Part shown: piece by piece, positions 41,412-53,330 of the stretch
Position numbering within the stretch: position 1 is the first letter of the stretch
How the letters are laid out: each line of letters starts with the position of its first letter
DNA from: Scenedesmus sp. PABB004
Taxonomy: Eukaryota
Direction: 5' to 3'
DNA: 64,000 bases
Assembly (NCBI GenBank): GCA_014905635.1
Contig: CM026547.1
Coordinates: forward strand, 3,906,001-3,970,000
Program-made: the position numbers and the translations under genes
Notes under the pieces: generated by a model
Seen by the model: only the letters and a program-made list of their open reading frames with translations
Told to the model about the DNA's origin: nothing
Databases searched by the model: none

Positions 41412-44411
41412 CTAGCCGACGATGCCGATGACGACCGCGCGCACGGGGGGCAGCGACATGATGACCGTCGAGAAGATGCCCACGAGCGCGTAGCTCAGCG
41501 CGCAAAACGGCAGCGCCTCGGGCTCCTTGCTCGTGAGGCTCGCCGTGCCGAGCCCGCCCGCGGTGCCCGCGGCGGCGAGGCCGCGCGCGATCGTGTCCTT
41601 GATGCCCGCCGCAGTCATGAGCCCCGGGCCAAAGTTGGCGCCGAGGATGCCCTGCAGCAGCACCGCCGCGGCGGTGATCGCGAGCGGCGCCTCAAGGCCC
41701 TGCGCGATCGGCAGCGCGAGCGCGACCGTCACGCTGCGCGGCACGAGCGCGCGCGCGAGGCCTGCGGGCGGCGGCGGCGGTGGTGGCGGCGGCGGCGGCA
41801 GCGTCGGCGGCGGGCGAGCGCGTCGGCGGCGGCGGCGGGCGCGCGGGCGCGCGCGTCGCCTGGGCGCGCGCGCCGGGCGCGCGGGCGCGGCGGCACCGCA
41901 CCCGCGGAGAGGCCGACGGCCTTGGCGGCAAACGCGGTGCTGAAGAGGCTGAACACGGCGCTGAGGATGGTCGCGCCAAAGATCTCTGGGAAGTGGCGGC
42001 GCATCGTGTCGCGCTGGGTGTAGATGCGGAAGCCAAAGCTGATGATCACGATGCCCAGCAGGCCCATCAGCGCGTCGCCCGCGCCCAGCGGGCCCGCGCC
42101 CTGGTGACGGGCACGCGGCGCGGCGCGGCGGCGGCGCGCGCGGGCGTCGGGCGGCGCGCGGCGCGGCGGGCGCGGCGCGGCGGGCGCGGCGCGCAGCGGG
42201 CGGGCGGGCAAGGGGCGGCGGGGCAGCCGGACAGCTGCGCGCCCGCCGCCGCACCTTTGCGAGGTAGACCTGCTGGCTCTTGATGTAGCTCCAGCCCAGC
42301 AGCTTGCCGTGCAGCGCCGCGCCCGCGTTGGCGAGCACCGCGGTGACGACGACCGGGTGCAGCACGCCGTGGTAGGCCTTGGGCACCAGCTCGCCTGGGC
42401 GCACCGCGGCGGGTGGCGGCGGCGGGTGCCGGCGGCGGGTTGCGGCGGGGTCGCGGCGTGGGCCCGCGCGCGGGGCGCCGGGGCTGCGCGCGGGGCGCCG
42501 GGGCTGCGCGCGGGGCGCCGCGGCGGCGCGCGGGGCGCACCCAGCAGGTAGCCGCCCACGGTGGCGGCGAGGCCGAGCGGCAGCGCCATGCGCGCGCCGA
42601 GCTCGGGCCCGCCGAGCAGCGTCGCGGCGAGCGACGCGACGAACACGGCGCCCCAGCTCGCGTAGTGGGAGGTCAGGAAGGGCGGGCTGGGCTTGGCCTT
42701 GGCGATCTCCTTCACCGGCGTGCGCACGGCGTTGCGGATGACGACCGTGATCTGCGCGGTGAACAGCAGCGTCGCGACCATGCCCACGCCCAGGATGCCT
42801 ACGATGCGCAGCAGGTCGGCGCCTGCGCGCCGCGGCGGGGGTGAGCGGAGCGGAGCGGCGGGGGTGAGCGGAGCGGAGCGGCGGGGGTGGGCGGGGCGCC
42901 GCGTGGAGCGGGTGGGCCGCGTGGGGCGGGGCGTGGGCGCGCGGCGCGGATGCGCTGCGGCGGCGCGCGGCGCGGCGGCGTGCGGCGGCGGTGGCGCGCT
43001 GCGGCGCGGCGGCGCACCTGGGATGCCGTTGAGCGCCATCGGCAGCGTGACGAGCGCGGGGACGTAGAAGAGGGGCAGCCAGCGCGCGATCCAGTTGAGC
43101 GCGGGGCCGTACATCGCCAGCACGCGGCCCGCGGGGCCGTCGCCGACGACGCAGAGCAGGGCAAACACGCCAAACATGCCCGCGAGCGCCGACGGGAAGG
43201 TGATGCCCGCCTGCACAAAGAGGGCCTTGATGGCCTTGTCGGTGTAGTACAGGCTCGCGAGCGTGGCCCAGAGCTGCAGCCACTGGCCGACGCCGCCCGC
43301 GGCGGCCGCGGGCACGCCGGGCGCAGCGCCCGGCACCGCCGGCAGCGCGCGCTTGATGTCGTCCGCCGACAGCCCGCTGCTGCCGGCGGTCGCGGAGACG
43401 ATGAGGTCCTTCACCTCGCCGCCAAACGCGGCCAGCGCGGCGGCCATCTGCGCGGCAGCGGCGGCGTGTCGGGCAGGGCGCTGGCGCGGCGGCGGCGGCG
43501 CCGCCGCCGCTGCCGCCGCCGCGGCCCCGCCGGCGGCGCGGGGCGCACCTCGTCGAGCGCCTGCGCGCCGCCGAGCTGCTTGCTGTTGAGCTGGCTGCGC
43601 AGGTCGTTCGCGCGCGACACAAACTTGCCGAGCAGCGCATCGATCTGGGCGGCGACCTCGGGGCGGCCCGTGCCGAGGCTGTCCTTGAGCGCCTGCCCCC
43701 GCGCGATGGCGCCGCCAACCATGCGGTCCATCGCCGCGCCCGCGGCCTTGGTGCTGCCGCCCGCGGCGGCCTTGAGCTCCGCCGCGTCGGCGACGAGCGC
43801 GTCGAAGCCCTTGGCCGCGTCGCCCGCGAGCGAGAGCGCCGCGTCGCGCGCGGACGCCGCCTGCGCGGCGCGGCGCGCCCCGTCGGCGCGGCGCGCGCGC
43901 GGCAACCGCCGCAACAGCCCGCCGCCGGCACGGAGCGAGCGCGCAGCGCTGCGCGCCGGCGCGCGGCGCCGGCCCCGCCGCCGGCGCGCCGCCGCCGGGC
44001 GCGTTCGCGGCGCCCTCACCGCATCGCTGGCGGCGGCCTTGAGCGCCTCTGCCTGCTTGGCGGCCGCCTCGAGCAGCTCCTTGCCCGGCAGGTCGCCAGC
44101 GGCGCCGGAGGCGCCTGCGAGCGGGCGTTGGCGGGTTCCGGAAGGGCGTGAGAGTCCGATCTGAGCAATGACGCCGGCGTGGGCATGCGCGCGCCTGCCA
44201 CCAGCGCCTGGACCATCACAGGCGCAGTCGTGCCCGCGCGCGCGGCCTCCGCGCCGCGATCTGGAGCGCCGACGGGCGCCGCACCTGTCGAGCGCGTCAC
44301 CAGACGCCGCCGCAGCACCGGCGGGCACGCCAGCGGCGCGCGGGCGCCGGCAGCAGCGCGCCCCCGCAGCGCGGGCGACGCGCCCGCGCCCCGGCGCGCC
44401 AGGGCCTGCAT
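41412..44411 (-). CDS. PLGG1: Plastid glycolate/glycerate transporter (LrgA/LrgB-like), multi-exon
   Basis: AGITFPSALAGMF, IARWLPLFYVPALVTLP, VLHPVVVTA, GAGDALMGLLG, LVPRSVTVALALPI, ARGLAAAGTAGGLGTASLTSKEPEALPFCALSYAL. Confidence 0.9.
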
Positions 44412-44754
44412 GTTCGCGAGTTGAGCTGGCGGGTGCCGAGCTCTCGCGCGCACCGCGAGCAAGCGCGGGGGCTTGCTCTTGACGCCGGGCGGCGGCGGGG
44501 CGGCGCTGCTCTTTTCCGCTGCTGCGCGGCGGCGGCGCGTGGCGGCTGCCGGGCGTGTGTGAACGCAAGCAGGGCACGGCCGCGCGTTCACCCGTGCCGC
44601 CGCTGCGGCGCCAGCGCACCCCGACACCAGGGCTTGTGGCGCCGTGCTCAACCCCGCTCGAGTGTCTGCGCTCAACCCCGCTCAGCTCCGCTCGAGTGTC
44701 ACCCCGTGCCGGCGCAGCACCAGCGGTCGACGCATCGCCGAGAGCGGCCCGAGC

Positions 44755-45901
44755 TCACGCGAGCTTGATGCCCGCCTTGCGCAGCGCGGCGACGATCGCC
44801 TTCCACTCCGGCAGCGCCCTGAACCCCGGGTCGGCTGCGGCCGCGGCGGCGGCGGCGTCGCCGGCTTCGGCGGTGCGACCGAGTGCGTACAGCGCATCTA
44901 CTAGTCGGATGGCAGCCTTGAGCGGGGCGGACGCGGCGGTCAGCGGTGAGCGGTCAGCGGCGGCGGCGCGTCAGCCGGGCAAGCGAGCGAGCGCCGCTGG
45001 GCCACCCCCGCAGCCCCGCGCCGCGCGGCGCGCACCACGTGGAAGCCGCGCGGCGCGGCCGCCACCGCCCGCCGCGCGGCGTCCAGCGCCGCGTCCTTGT
45101 CGCCCGCCTGCAGGTGCGCGGCGCTCAAGTTGGCGTGCAGCATGTGCTCGCCGCGCCCCGGCGCGAGCGCCAGCGCCTGCGCGGCGGGCGGGCGGCGGGC
45201 GCGTGGGCGGCGGGGCCGCTCGCTGCCGCGCTGTCGCTGCGCGCCGCCGCTGCGCGCCGCCGCTGCGCGTGGTCCAGACCTGCTCGTAGCGCGCCACCGC
45301 GCCCGCAAAGTCGCCCGCCATGGCCAGCGCGTTGCCCGCGAGGCGGAGCTGCGGGGGCCGGGCGGGCGGCGGCGGCGGCGCCGCTCGGGCCGCGCAGCGC
45401 GGGCCGCGGGCCGCTGCCGCCGTGCCTGGCCGCGGCGGCGGCGGCGGCGGCGGCGGCAGCCGCAGCAGCGGTGCGAGCACCTCGGTCGCACGGATGAGCG
45501 CTGGCGGCACGTCCACCTTGAGCTGCCACGCGAGCACGGACGCCATGTCGGCGGGCGTCGCAACGTGCCGCAGCACGACGCCCTCGGGCAGCACAGCGAC
45601 GTTCGGGCCGTTGCCGCAGTTGCCGAGGCAGCCAGACTCCACGATTGCGACCTCGTCTAGCCCCAAGTCCTGAGCAAACTTGAGCACCTGCGGCGCGCGC
45701 GGCGGCGCCGCGTCGCGCCGTGCCGATGTCCTGAGCTCCGCCCGCGCCGCCGGCAGGCGCCGCGGCTCCTTTTCCGCACCGCACCTGCTTGCTGCCCTGC
45801 TTTGAGCATACCTTGCCAGTGCAGACACGCAGCTCGGCCCGCGCCGCCGCGCCGCAGCGGCATGGCCGCTGCCGCCGCCCCAGCGGCGAGTGCAGCGCCA
45901 T
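44755..45901 (-). CDS. Thioredoxin-like [2Fe-2S] ferredoxin domain fused to TPR repeats
   Basis: ELRVCTGKVCSKQGS and ESGCLGNCGNGPNVAVLPEG (four Cys ligands), then GNALAMAGDFAGAVARYEQ|ALAL..HANLSAAHLQAGD..ALDAARRAV. Confidence 0.82.
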
Positions 45902-46110
45902 GGAGCGCGGCTGCGCCGCGCTGCCCACGCTCTCGACACGACTGCTGGAGCGGTCGGGGCGCTGGCTGGACGCGCGGCGGCTGTGTCGGCGCGCTTAGCG
46001 GCGGAGCGGTCGCTGCTGCTGCCACCCGGGCGCAGCGGAGAATCGGCGCGCCGGCTGCGGTCACGGCTTACACCAGTACACGCGCAGGCCTCCCCGCGAG
46101 ACCGGGCCGC

Positions 46111-47401
46111 CTACTCGCTAAAGCCCCGGGCGCTCTTCACGCGCTTTGGCCGCCGCTCGGCGCGCAGCCGCTCGGCGCGGCCGCCGCCAGCAGCGGCGCG
46201 GGCCGGCGCCTCGGAGCGCACTGCGACGCCCACGGCGTGCGGGTCCTGCCCTGCGAGCGCGACGTCGAACTGCACGTAGCTCCACGCGCCGCCGGGCGAC
46301 GTCTCGAGGCGCCGCAGCTCCGCCTCCGCCAGGCCGCCGCCCTTGCTCACGCCGACGAGCCCCCGCAGCGGCGACCCGCCCGCCGCGAGCGGCTCGACAA
46401 ACACCAGCGGCCGCCCCGGCCGCAGCACGCGCGCCGCCTCGGCGAGGCACGCGGCGCGGCCGTCCGGCGGCAGCGCCGCCAGCACGCCCAGCGCGACGAC
46501 CGCGTCGGCGCTCGCGTCGGCCTGGAACGCCAGGTCCGTCACGGGCTGCTGCCGCGCGACCGTCGGCACCGCCGCCGTCACGCCCGCCTGCTCCATCAGC
46601 CCTGCGCGCCCGGGCGCGCCGCGGGCGTCGGCCGCCCGCCGTGCTGGCGGCGGATGCGCCCGCGCGCCCCCGCTTGCGCGCCCGCGCCGCACCCTTGTTG
46701 ACGTCAGGGCCGACGTTGACGACTGTCATGGTGGTCTTGGGGTAGTAGTACAGCTCACGCGCGCCGCCGCCGAGCTGCACCACCACCGCGCCGGCGCCGC
46801 CTGGCGGCGCGCGGCGCGCGGCGCGCGGCGGGCGCGGGCGCGGCGGCGGCTCAGCGCGGTGGTGGGGGCCGCGTGCGCGGCCCGCGCCAGGGGGGGGGGG
46901 GCGCGCGCGCGCGCGCGCGCGCACCGGGCGGCGGGGACGGCACGTATTTGGTGAGCATCGCGGCGGTGATGTACTCGAGCTGGCTGTAGAGGTAGAAGCG
47001 CAGCGCCGCGGCGCTGCGATCGCAGGGACGGCGGCAACAGCGGCAACAGCGGCGGCGGCGGCGGCGGTGGGCGCTGGCGCTGGGCGCGGGCGCGCGCGGC
47101 GCACGGCGGGCGGCGTGCGGCGGGCGCCGCGCGGCGGGCGGGCGGCGCCCGGCCGCGCGCACCCTGCCGCCACCGCGACGCCCGGGAGGATGAGCGTGGC
47201 GGGGGTGAGCTGCGGCAGGTCCGCCAGCGCCAGCAGCGGCTGCGCGGCGGCGGCGCCGCAGCCGCCCGCCGCCCGGCGCCGCCGCTGCGCCTGCTGCCGC
47301 GCCGGCGGCCGCCGCGCCGGGTGCGGCGCAGCTCCGGCTGCGGCGGGTGCCTGGGCGCCACACGCGCCTGGCGCGCAGGGGCGGCGGCGCAGCAGCAGCA
47401 T
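46111..47401 (-). CDS. Class I SAM methyltransferase-like protein, probably plastid
   Basis: VVVQLGGGARELYYYP, ADASADAVVALGVL, CLAEAARVLRPGRPLVFVE; transit-like N-terminus plus TM segment; TGTAA on the minus strand at 46068-46072. Confidence 0.75.
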
Positions 47402-47753
47402 CGCCGGCGGGCGAGCAGCAGCGGCGGCGGTCGACGCGCGGCGGCGGCGGTCGTCGGGCGTCGGGCGGCAAGGCGCGGTCGGGGCGGGGGGTCCTGGGAT
47501 TGGCCACAGTGGCGGGCCCGGCCCGCGGCGGCGCCCGTGGCCGAAGAACGGACGGCAGAACAGCAAACCGCGAAGCAGCGCGCCCGCTGCTCCGTGCGCT
47601 GCGCCGCCCCGCCCGGCGCGCCCAGAGCGCGAGGCGCCCTCCCGCGACCAGCGCCGCGCCGCCGCGCCGACGTCCGTCCGCGGCTGTAGATCGCGCCCGT
47701 GCGCCGGAATTGCGCCGCCCTCGGCCCCCCGCTGCAGCGCAGAGCGTCGCGCC

Positions 47754-49029
47754 ATGCAGTCCCTGGCCTCCCGCGGCGCCGCGCCGGGCCTGGCGCCGCG
47801 GTGCCCCGCGCGGCAGCGGGCATCCTGCCTCTCGCACAGCGCGCCCGCCCTGGCGCGCCCGGGTGGCGTGGCGGCTCGGCGGGGCGCCCAGGCGCAGGCC
47901 CTGCCTGCCGGCCTAGCAGGTGGGCGCGGCGTGGCGCCGGCGGGGCGCCCGGGCGGCCGGCGGGGGCGCGGCGCCGCCTGTGGCCGCCGCTGCTGCCGCC
48001 CAGCGCGCGCCGCCGCCGCCCCTGCGGCGCGCGCAGGCGCCGCGGCGCCGCTGCAGCCGCCGCAGCAGCTAGCGCAGCTGGCGCTGGCGCCGCAGCCGCT
48101 GCTGGAGCTGGGCGAGGGCCTGGAGACGCCGATCCAGCTCATCTACCTCACCGCGCTGCTGGGCTTCCTCTCGGTCGGCGCGTACCTGGTGGCCCGCCAG
48201 GTGCTCATCCGGCGCGAGCTCGACGAGGCGGCCAAGGCACTGGGCGAGCGCATCCGCACGGGCGAGGCGACGTGCGAGGTGCGGACCCGGAGCGTGGCGC
48301 GGGGCGCAGCGGCCGGCGTCGGCGGCCGGCGTCGGCGCCCCGCCCCGCAGGCCCGCCCACGCGAGCGGGGCGCGCCAGCGGCGCCGGCCGCAGCTGGGCC
48401 GCCCGTCCGACCGCCGCCACGCGCGCCGCGCGTGCCGTGCTTGCAGGACTACTACGAGCTCGGCGTCATCCTCACGCGCAAGAAGCTCTTCACGCAGGCC
48501 ACCAAGAACCTGGAGAAGGCCAAGAAGTCGTGGGACGGCGAGGAGAGCGACCTCGCGCAGGTGCGGCAGCAGCCCCGGCGCGAGCCGGCGCGCAGCGCGC
48601 CTGGCCGCCCTGCCGACCGCGCCCGCCGCGGCGCGCGTGTGGCGCGGCGCCGCAGGTGCACAACGCGCTGGGGTTTTGCTACTTCAGCATGGAGAAGACC
48701 GACATGGCCATCGCCGAGTACAAGCGCGCGGTCGAGCTGCAGCAGGGCTACGTGACGGCGTGGAACAACCTCGGCGACGCGTACGAGCGCTCCAAGGACT
48801 GGCGGTGCGCGCGCCCAGCCCCCCGCGCGCACGCGTGGGGCGGCCGCAGCGGGGGGCGGCGCGCGCGCTGCCCGCGCCGCGGTGCGGGCGCCCACCCGCG
48901 TGCGCTCGTGCTCTCCGCAGGAACGCGATGGCCGCGTACCAGGAGGCCCTGGCCTACGCGCCCAACAACAAGATCGCCATGCAGCGCGGCGAGTTCTGCA
49001 AACAGCGCGTGGAGCGGCTCGGGCTGTGA
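47754..49029 (+). CDS. PYG7: TPR photosystem I assembly factor PYG7/Ycf37/CGL71
   Basis: [86 protein letters not shown]. Confidence 0.9.
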
Positions 49030-49159
49030 GCGCGGCGGCGGCGCGGTCGGACCATCGGACGCGGCAGTGGCCTGCCGTCGAGTAAGCGTGTGCTGATGCG
49101 CCGTGGGGAGCAGCACTCCCCCAGCTTGCGGGGGCGCAGGCGACCGCGCGCGCCGGCAG

Positions 49160-49811
49160 CAGCGCGCGGGTTGACCGCCGCGCCCGCCGGCAGCGCCGCG
49201 TCGCGCAGCGCCTCGGCGCGCGTACGTGCCGCGGCCCCGTGCCGTGCCGTCGCGGGTGCGCGCCCGCACGGACGCTCAGCGCGCGCGCCCGGCCCCAGCG
49301 CGCGCCCGCCCCGGGCGGACGCGGGCGAGCGGCAGCCAGCGCGCGCGCGCGGGCGCCCTCATTGGCCGCCCCGTCGGCGCCGGCGGCCGGCGCGGCGGCG
49401 CTCGGGGCGCCGCGCGGCGCTGGCACCGGCGTGCGCGGGCAGCCCGCAGGACACCTCCGCCCTGTCACGCGCCGGGCGCCCGCCCCGCGCCGTGTGCGCG
49501 TCCGCGGCCCCGCGCCGCCCACTCTAGCCTAGTGTGTGTGCCCTAGTCCCTAGTTCGCGGCTCGCGCCCGCGCCCCCGCGCCCCCCGGGCCCGTTGCCGG
49601 CCTCGCCCCTCCGCACGCCCCGCCCGCAGCACCCGGCGCGCGCCGCGGCGTCCCTCGGCCAGCCCGAATCCGGCGCGGCCACCTCGCGGCGTGCGGGCGC
49701 CCGTCTCGCCCGCCTCGCCCGTGCGGGGGCCTCCTTCTCGCCCCGTCCGAAGCCTCCCCCGCCCGCGCGCTGCCGGCCCGCCGGCGGCCCGTGTGGCCCG
49801 CGGCGCGGTGC
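49160..49811 (+). repeat. Long inverted repeat, left arm (upstream region of PI4K-gamma)
   Basis: Reverse complement of 53331-53945, e.g. CTCATTGGCCGCCCCGTCGG and CCCTAGTCCCTAGTTCGCGGCTCG. Confidence 0.93.
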
Positions 49812-49904
49812 ATGCGTCTCGCGTGAGGCGCTCCGCCCGTGACGGGCTCGCCCCGGCTCGGGAGCCGGCCCCGCATCGCATCCCCAGCAACAGCGGACGA
49901 CTGA

Positions 49905-52277
49905 ATGGCAACCCTCACGCGCGACGTCGCGCTGCCGGGCGTGGGCCGCGTGGCGACGCCGGTGCCGCACGTGGGGCACCACGTCGCGCACAAGCCGCTC
50001 GCGGTGGTACTCGCGGTCCCAACGCCAACGGCGGCAGCGCCGCCGGGCCACCCCGTGCCCGCGCGCGCCTGGGAGAAGCTGGACGTGATGCCCAGCGAGA
50101 CGATTCAGGACATCCGGCTGCGCCTCAACAACAACGGCTGGTTCAGCGCCAAGTCGTGCCTCGTGTTTGGTGCGCGCTGCGCCGCGGCGCAGCGCGCGGC
50201 GCCCCCCCCCCAGCGCCAGCGGCAGGCGGCAGGGGGCGCCGCCGCCGGCGCGCGTCCCGCGGCGCGGTGCCACGCGCAGCGCGCAGCGCAGCGCGGCGCG
50301 GCGCCGCGCGCGGCCGCCGACGCCGCGCCCGCCGCCGCTGCCTCTGCGCAGGCGACCGCGAGCTGGCCGACGCGGTGCGCGTGTCGGACCTGGTTGCAGA
50401 GTCGGGCAAGGAGCACCCCAGCTACCTGCACGTGTTTGTCAAGCTCGCGGACGTGGAGTCGGTCAACATCAGCACCCCGCTGCGCGCGCTGAGCCTGGAC
50501 AACCCTGCCGCCGCGGAGCAGCACCTCGCGGAGAGCCTGATGCGCGCGGCCAGCAGCAGGTGCGCGCGCGCGCAGCGGCGCCGGCCGCGGCGGCCGCGGC
50601 GGCAGCGACTGGGCGGCAGCGCTGCGCCCGGCCGGCGGCGCCGCGCCGCGCGGCGCAGCGCGGCGGGCCGCGCTGACGCGCGCCGCCCCCGCACGCCCGC
50701 CCGCCCCGCAGCAACCTGCTGGCGCTGCCGGCGGTGGCCGAGCCGGCGCCGGACGCGGCGCCCGCGCCGGCGGCGGAGGGCGCCGGCGACGCGGCGTGCC
50801 GCGCGATCGTCCACTTGATGGTGCACAAGAGCGCCAAGGTCAGCTGGCACCACCTGCAGGCGAACCGCTTTGAGCTGACCATCAGCAGCAGCGACACCGT
50901 GGAGAGCCTCATGCGCAAGATCGAGGCCGCCAACGGCCGCGCGCTCGAGCCGAGCGCGCTGCTCGTCGACGGCGAGCCCGCGCCGCGCGCGCAGCCGCTC
51001 GTGAGCATCAGCCGCGACGCGGTGCTGGAGCTCGTCCCGCTCGAGCCCGAGGAGGAGGCGCTGCCCGCGGGCTCGCCCTCGCTCGCGAGCCCCGCGCACC
51101 AGCTGCACGCGCACTGGAAGGCCGCGCAGGCGGGGCTCGCGGAGGGGCGGGAGCCCGTGCTCGCGCCCGCCGGCACCGGCGGCAGCTACTTCCTCAGCGA
51201 CGCGGCGGGGCGCCGCGCGGCGATCTTCAAGCCCTGCGACGAGGAGCCGCTCGCCGCGAACAACCCCAAGGGCCGCACGCCCGGCAGCAGCAGCGACGGC
51301 AGCGGCGGCGCCGGCGGCGGCGCCGGCGCCGGCAGCGAGGGCATGCGCCGCGGCACGCGCCCCGGCGAGGGCGCGGCGCGCGAGGTCGCGGCGTTCCTGC
51401 TCGACCACGGCCACTTTGCGGGCGTGCCGCCGACCGCGCTCGTCTCGGCGTACGTCAGCGGTGGCGAGGCCGCCGGCGCGGGCGGCGCGGTCAAGGTCGG
51501 CAGCCTGCAGGCGTTTGTGGAGAGCGAGGGCGACTGCGAGGAGCGCGGCGTGAGCGGCTTCCCGGTGCACCAGGTCCACAAGATCGCGGCGCTCGACCTG
51601 CGCCTCGCCAACGCCGACCGCAACGCAGGCAACATCCTCTGCAGGCGCGACGCGGCCGGCGAGTTTGAGCTCATCCCCATCGACCACGGTGCGGCGCGCG
51701 GCGCGCGCGGCGGGCGACAGTGCGCGGCGGCGGCGCCGCAGCCCCACGCGCGCGCTCTCGCGCGCGCGCGCTCACTCCCGCCCCCGCCCGCCCCCGCCGC
51801 GGCGCGCGCGCAGGCTACTGCTTCCCGGCGTCGTTCGAGGACATTTCGTTTGACTGGGCGATGTGGCCCCAGGCCGCGAAGCCCTGGAGCGAGGAGGCGC
51901 GCGCGTACATCGCGTCGCTCGACGCGGAGGCCGACGTCGCGCTGCTCGCCGCGCACGGCATCGCGCTGCGCCCCGAGTGCCTGCGCGTCTTCCGTGTGTG
52001 CACGATGGTGCTGCAGAAGGGCGCGGCCGCGGGGCTCACGCCCGCCCAGATCGCGGGCCTCATGTGCCGCTCCGGGCTGACCAAGAGCGCGCTGGAGAAG
52101 CTGCACAGCAACGCGGTGCACCTCGCGCGCGCCGAGGCGGCCGCGGCGGCCAAGGCGGCCGGCGCGGGCGCGCGCCGCCCCGAGGTCGGCCCCCTGTACA
52201 TGCGGCACATGGCCGCGTTGCTGGACGAGCTCATGGAGGAGGCCGCGCTCGACGGCGGCGCGGACCTGCTGTTCTGA
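49905..52277 (+). CDS. PI4KG: Ubiquitin-like-domain type II phosphatidylinositol 4-kinase gamma
   Basis: Two Ubl-like segments (SETIQDIRLRL; SSDTVESLMRKI), GTGGSYF, IFKPCDEEPLAANNPKG, GEGAAREVAAFLLDH, KVGSLQAFV, DLRLANADRNAGNIL, LIPIDHG|YCFP. Confidence 0.92.
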
Positions 52278-53287
52278 GGCGGCGGGCCGGCGGGCCGCGG
52301 CGCGGACGCGCCCGGCCGGGCGAGCGGCACTGGGGCCTCGGGGCCTGCATGCGGCACGCTGGCACTCTCACCCAGGGGGCGGGCGGCGGCGGGGGGCCCC
52401 CGGAACAGCAACAAGCACATAGCAGCCTCGGGCACCGTCCTAATGCACCTCGGCGCGTGCGCACGCGGTCACGGGTTGGTTGCCTCGCCTCGTCTGTCTC
52501 TCTCTCTCTGTCTCTCTCTCTCTCTCGCGCGCGCGCGTGGCTGGCTGCGCCAGCCCGCGCGTCGCGCGGCGGCGGTGGTGTGTGGCGGAGGGCACGAGGG
52601 CGCGCCCGCCCCGCGTGAGCTGCATGCGGGGGGCGCGGCCCGCCAGCGACGACGGGCGGCGGCGGCGGCGCGACGCGTTGCCAGCACGCGCGGCGCGCGT
52701 GCGGCAAGCGGCGCCCGCCGCCCCGCCCGTGGGGCCCCAACGCGCGCGCGGCGCGGCGGCGGCGCACAGCCCGGCGCCTCTCGCACGGGCTGCGCGGCCG
52801 CCGCGCGGCGCGCCGCCCCTTCTCTCCCTCCTCATCTCTCTCGGTCTGGACTGGCGCGCGCGCAGATGTGCGTGAGTGGTGTTTGTCATCCCCATTTATG
52901 TGGCGAGCAGCAGCGGCAGTGGCGGCGACACGCGGGGCGGCCGCGCGCTCGCGCGCGGCGCGCCGAGCTTTTGGGGCGGCGGGCGGGTGGGTGGTGGTGG
53001 TGGTGGTGGTGGTGGTGGGGGCGATGTACAATGGCAGGGAGGCTACAGGCGCGCCCTCGCGGCGGGGCCCCGCGCGCCACGCCGGGACGCCCGCGGGGCG
53101 CGCGTCGCGTGGCGAACATCATCATCATCATCCGACCGACGGCGAGGCCTGCTGCGACATGCAAGGCGGCGGCGCTGCTGGGCGAAGGCATGTCGACCCT
53201 CGGCGGCGGCCCTCTCTCTCTCTCTCTCGACGCGCGCGGCGGCGGGGCCCGTGAGCAGCAGCCCGGGGCGCCCGCGGCGGAGGAGCC

Positions 53288-53292
53288 TGTAA
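53288..53292 (+). terminator. Candidate TGTAA poly(A) signal for a long PI4K-gamma 3' UTR
   Basis: Chlorophyte-type TGTAA about 1 kb after the stop and just before the right inverted-repeat arm. Confidence 0.4.
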
Positions 53293-53330
53293 ACGTGGAC
53301 TCCGCAACTCGGTCGGGCTCCCGCTCCCCC

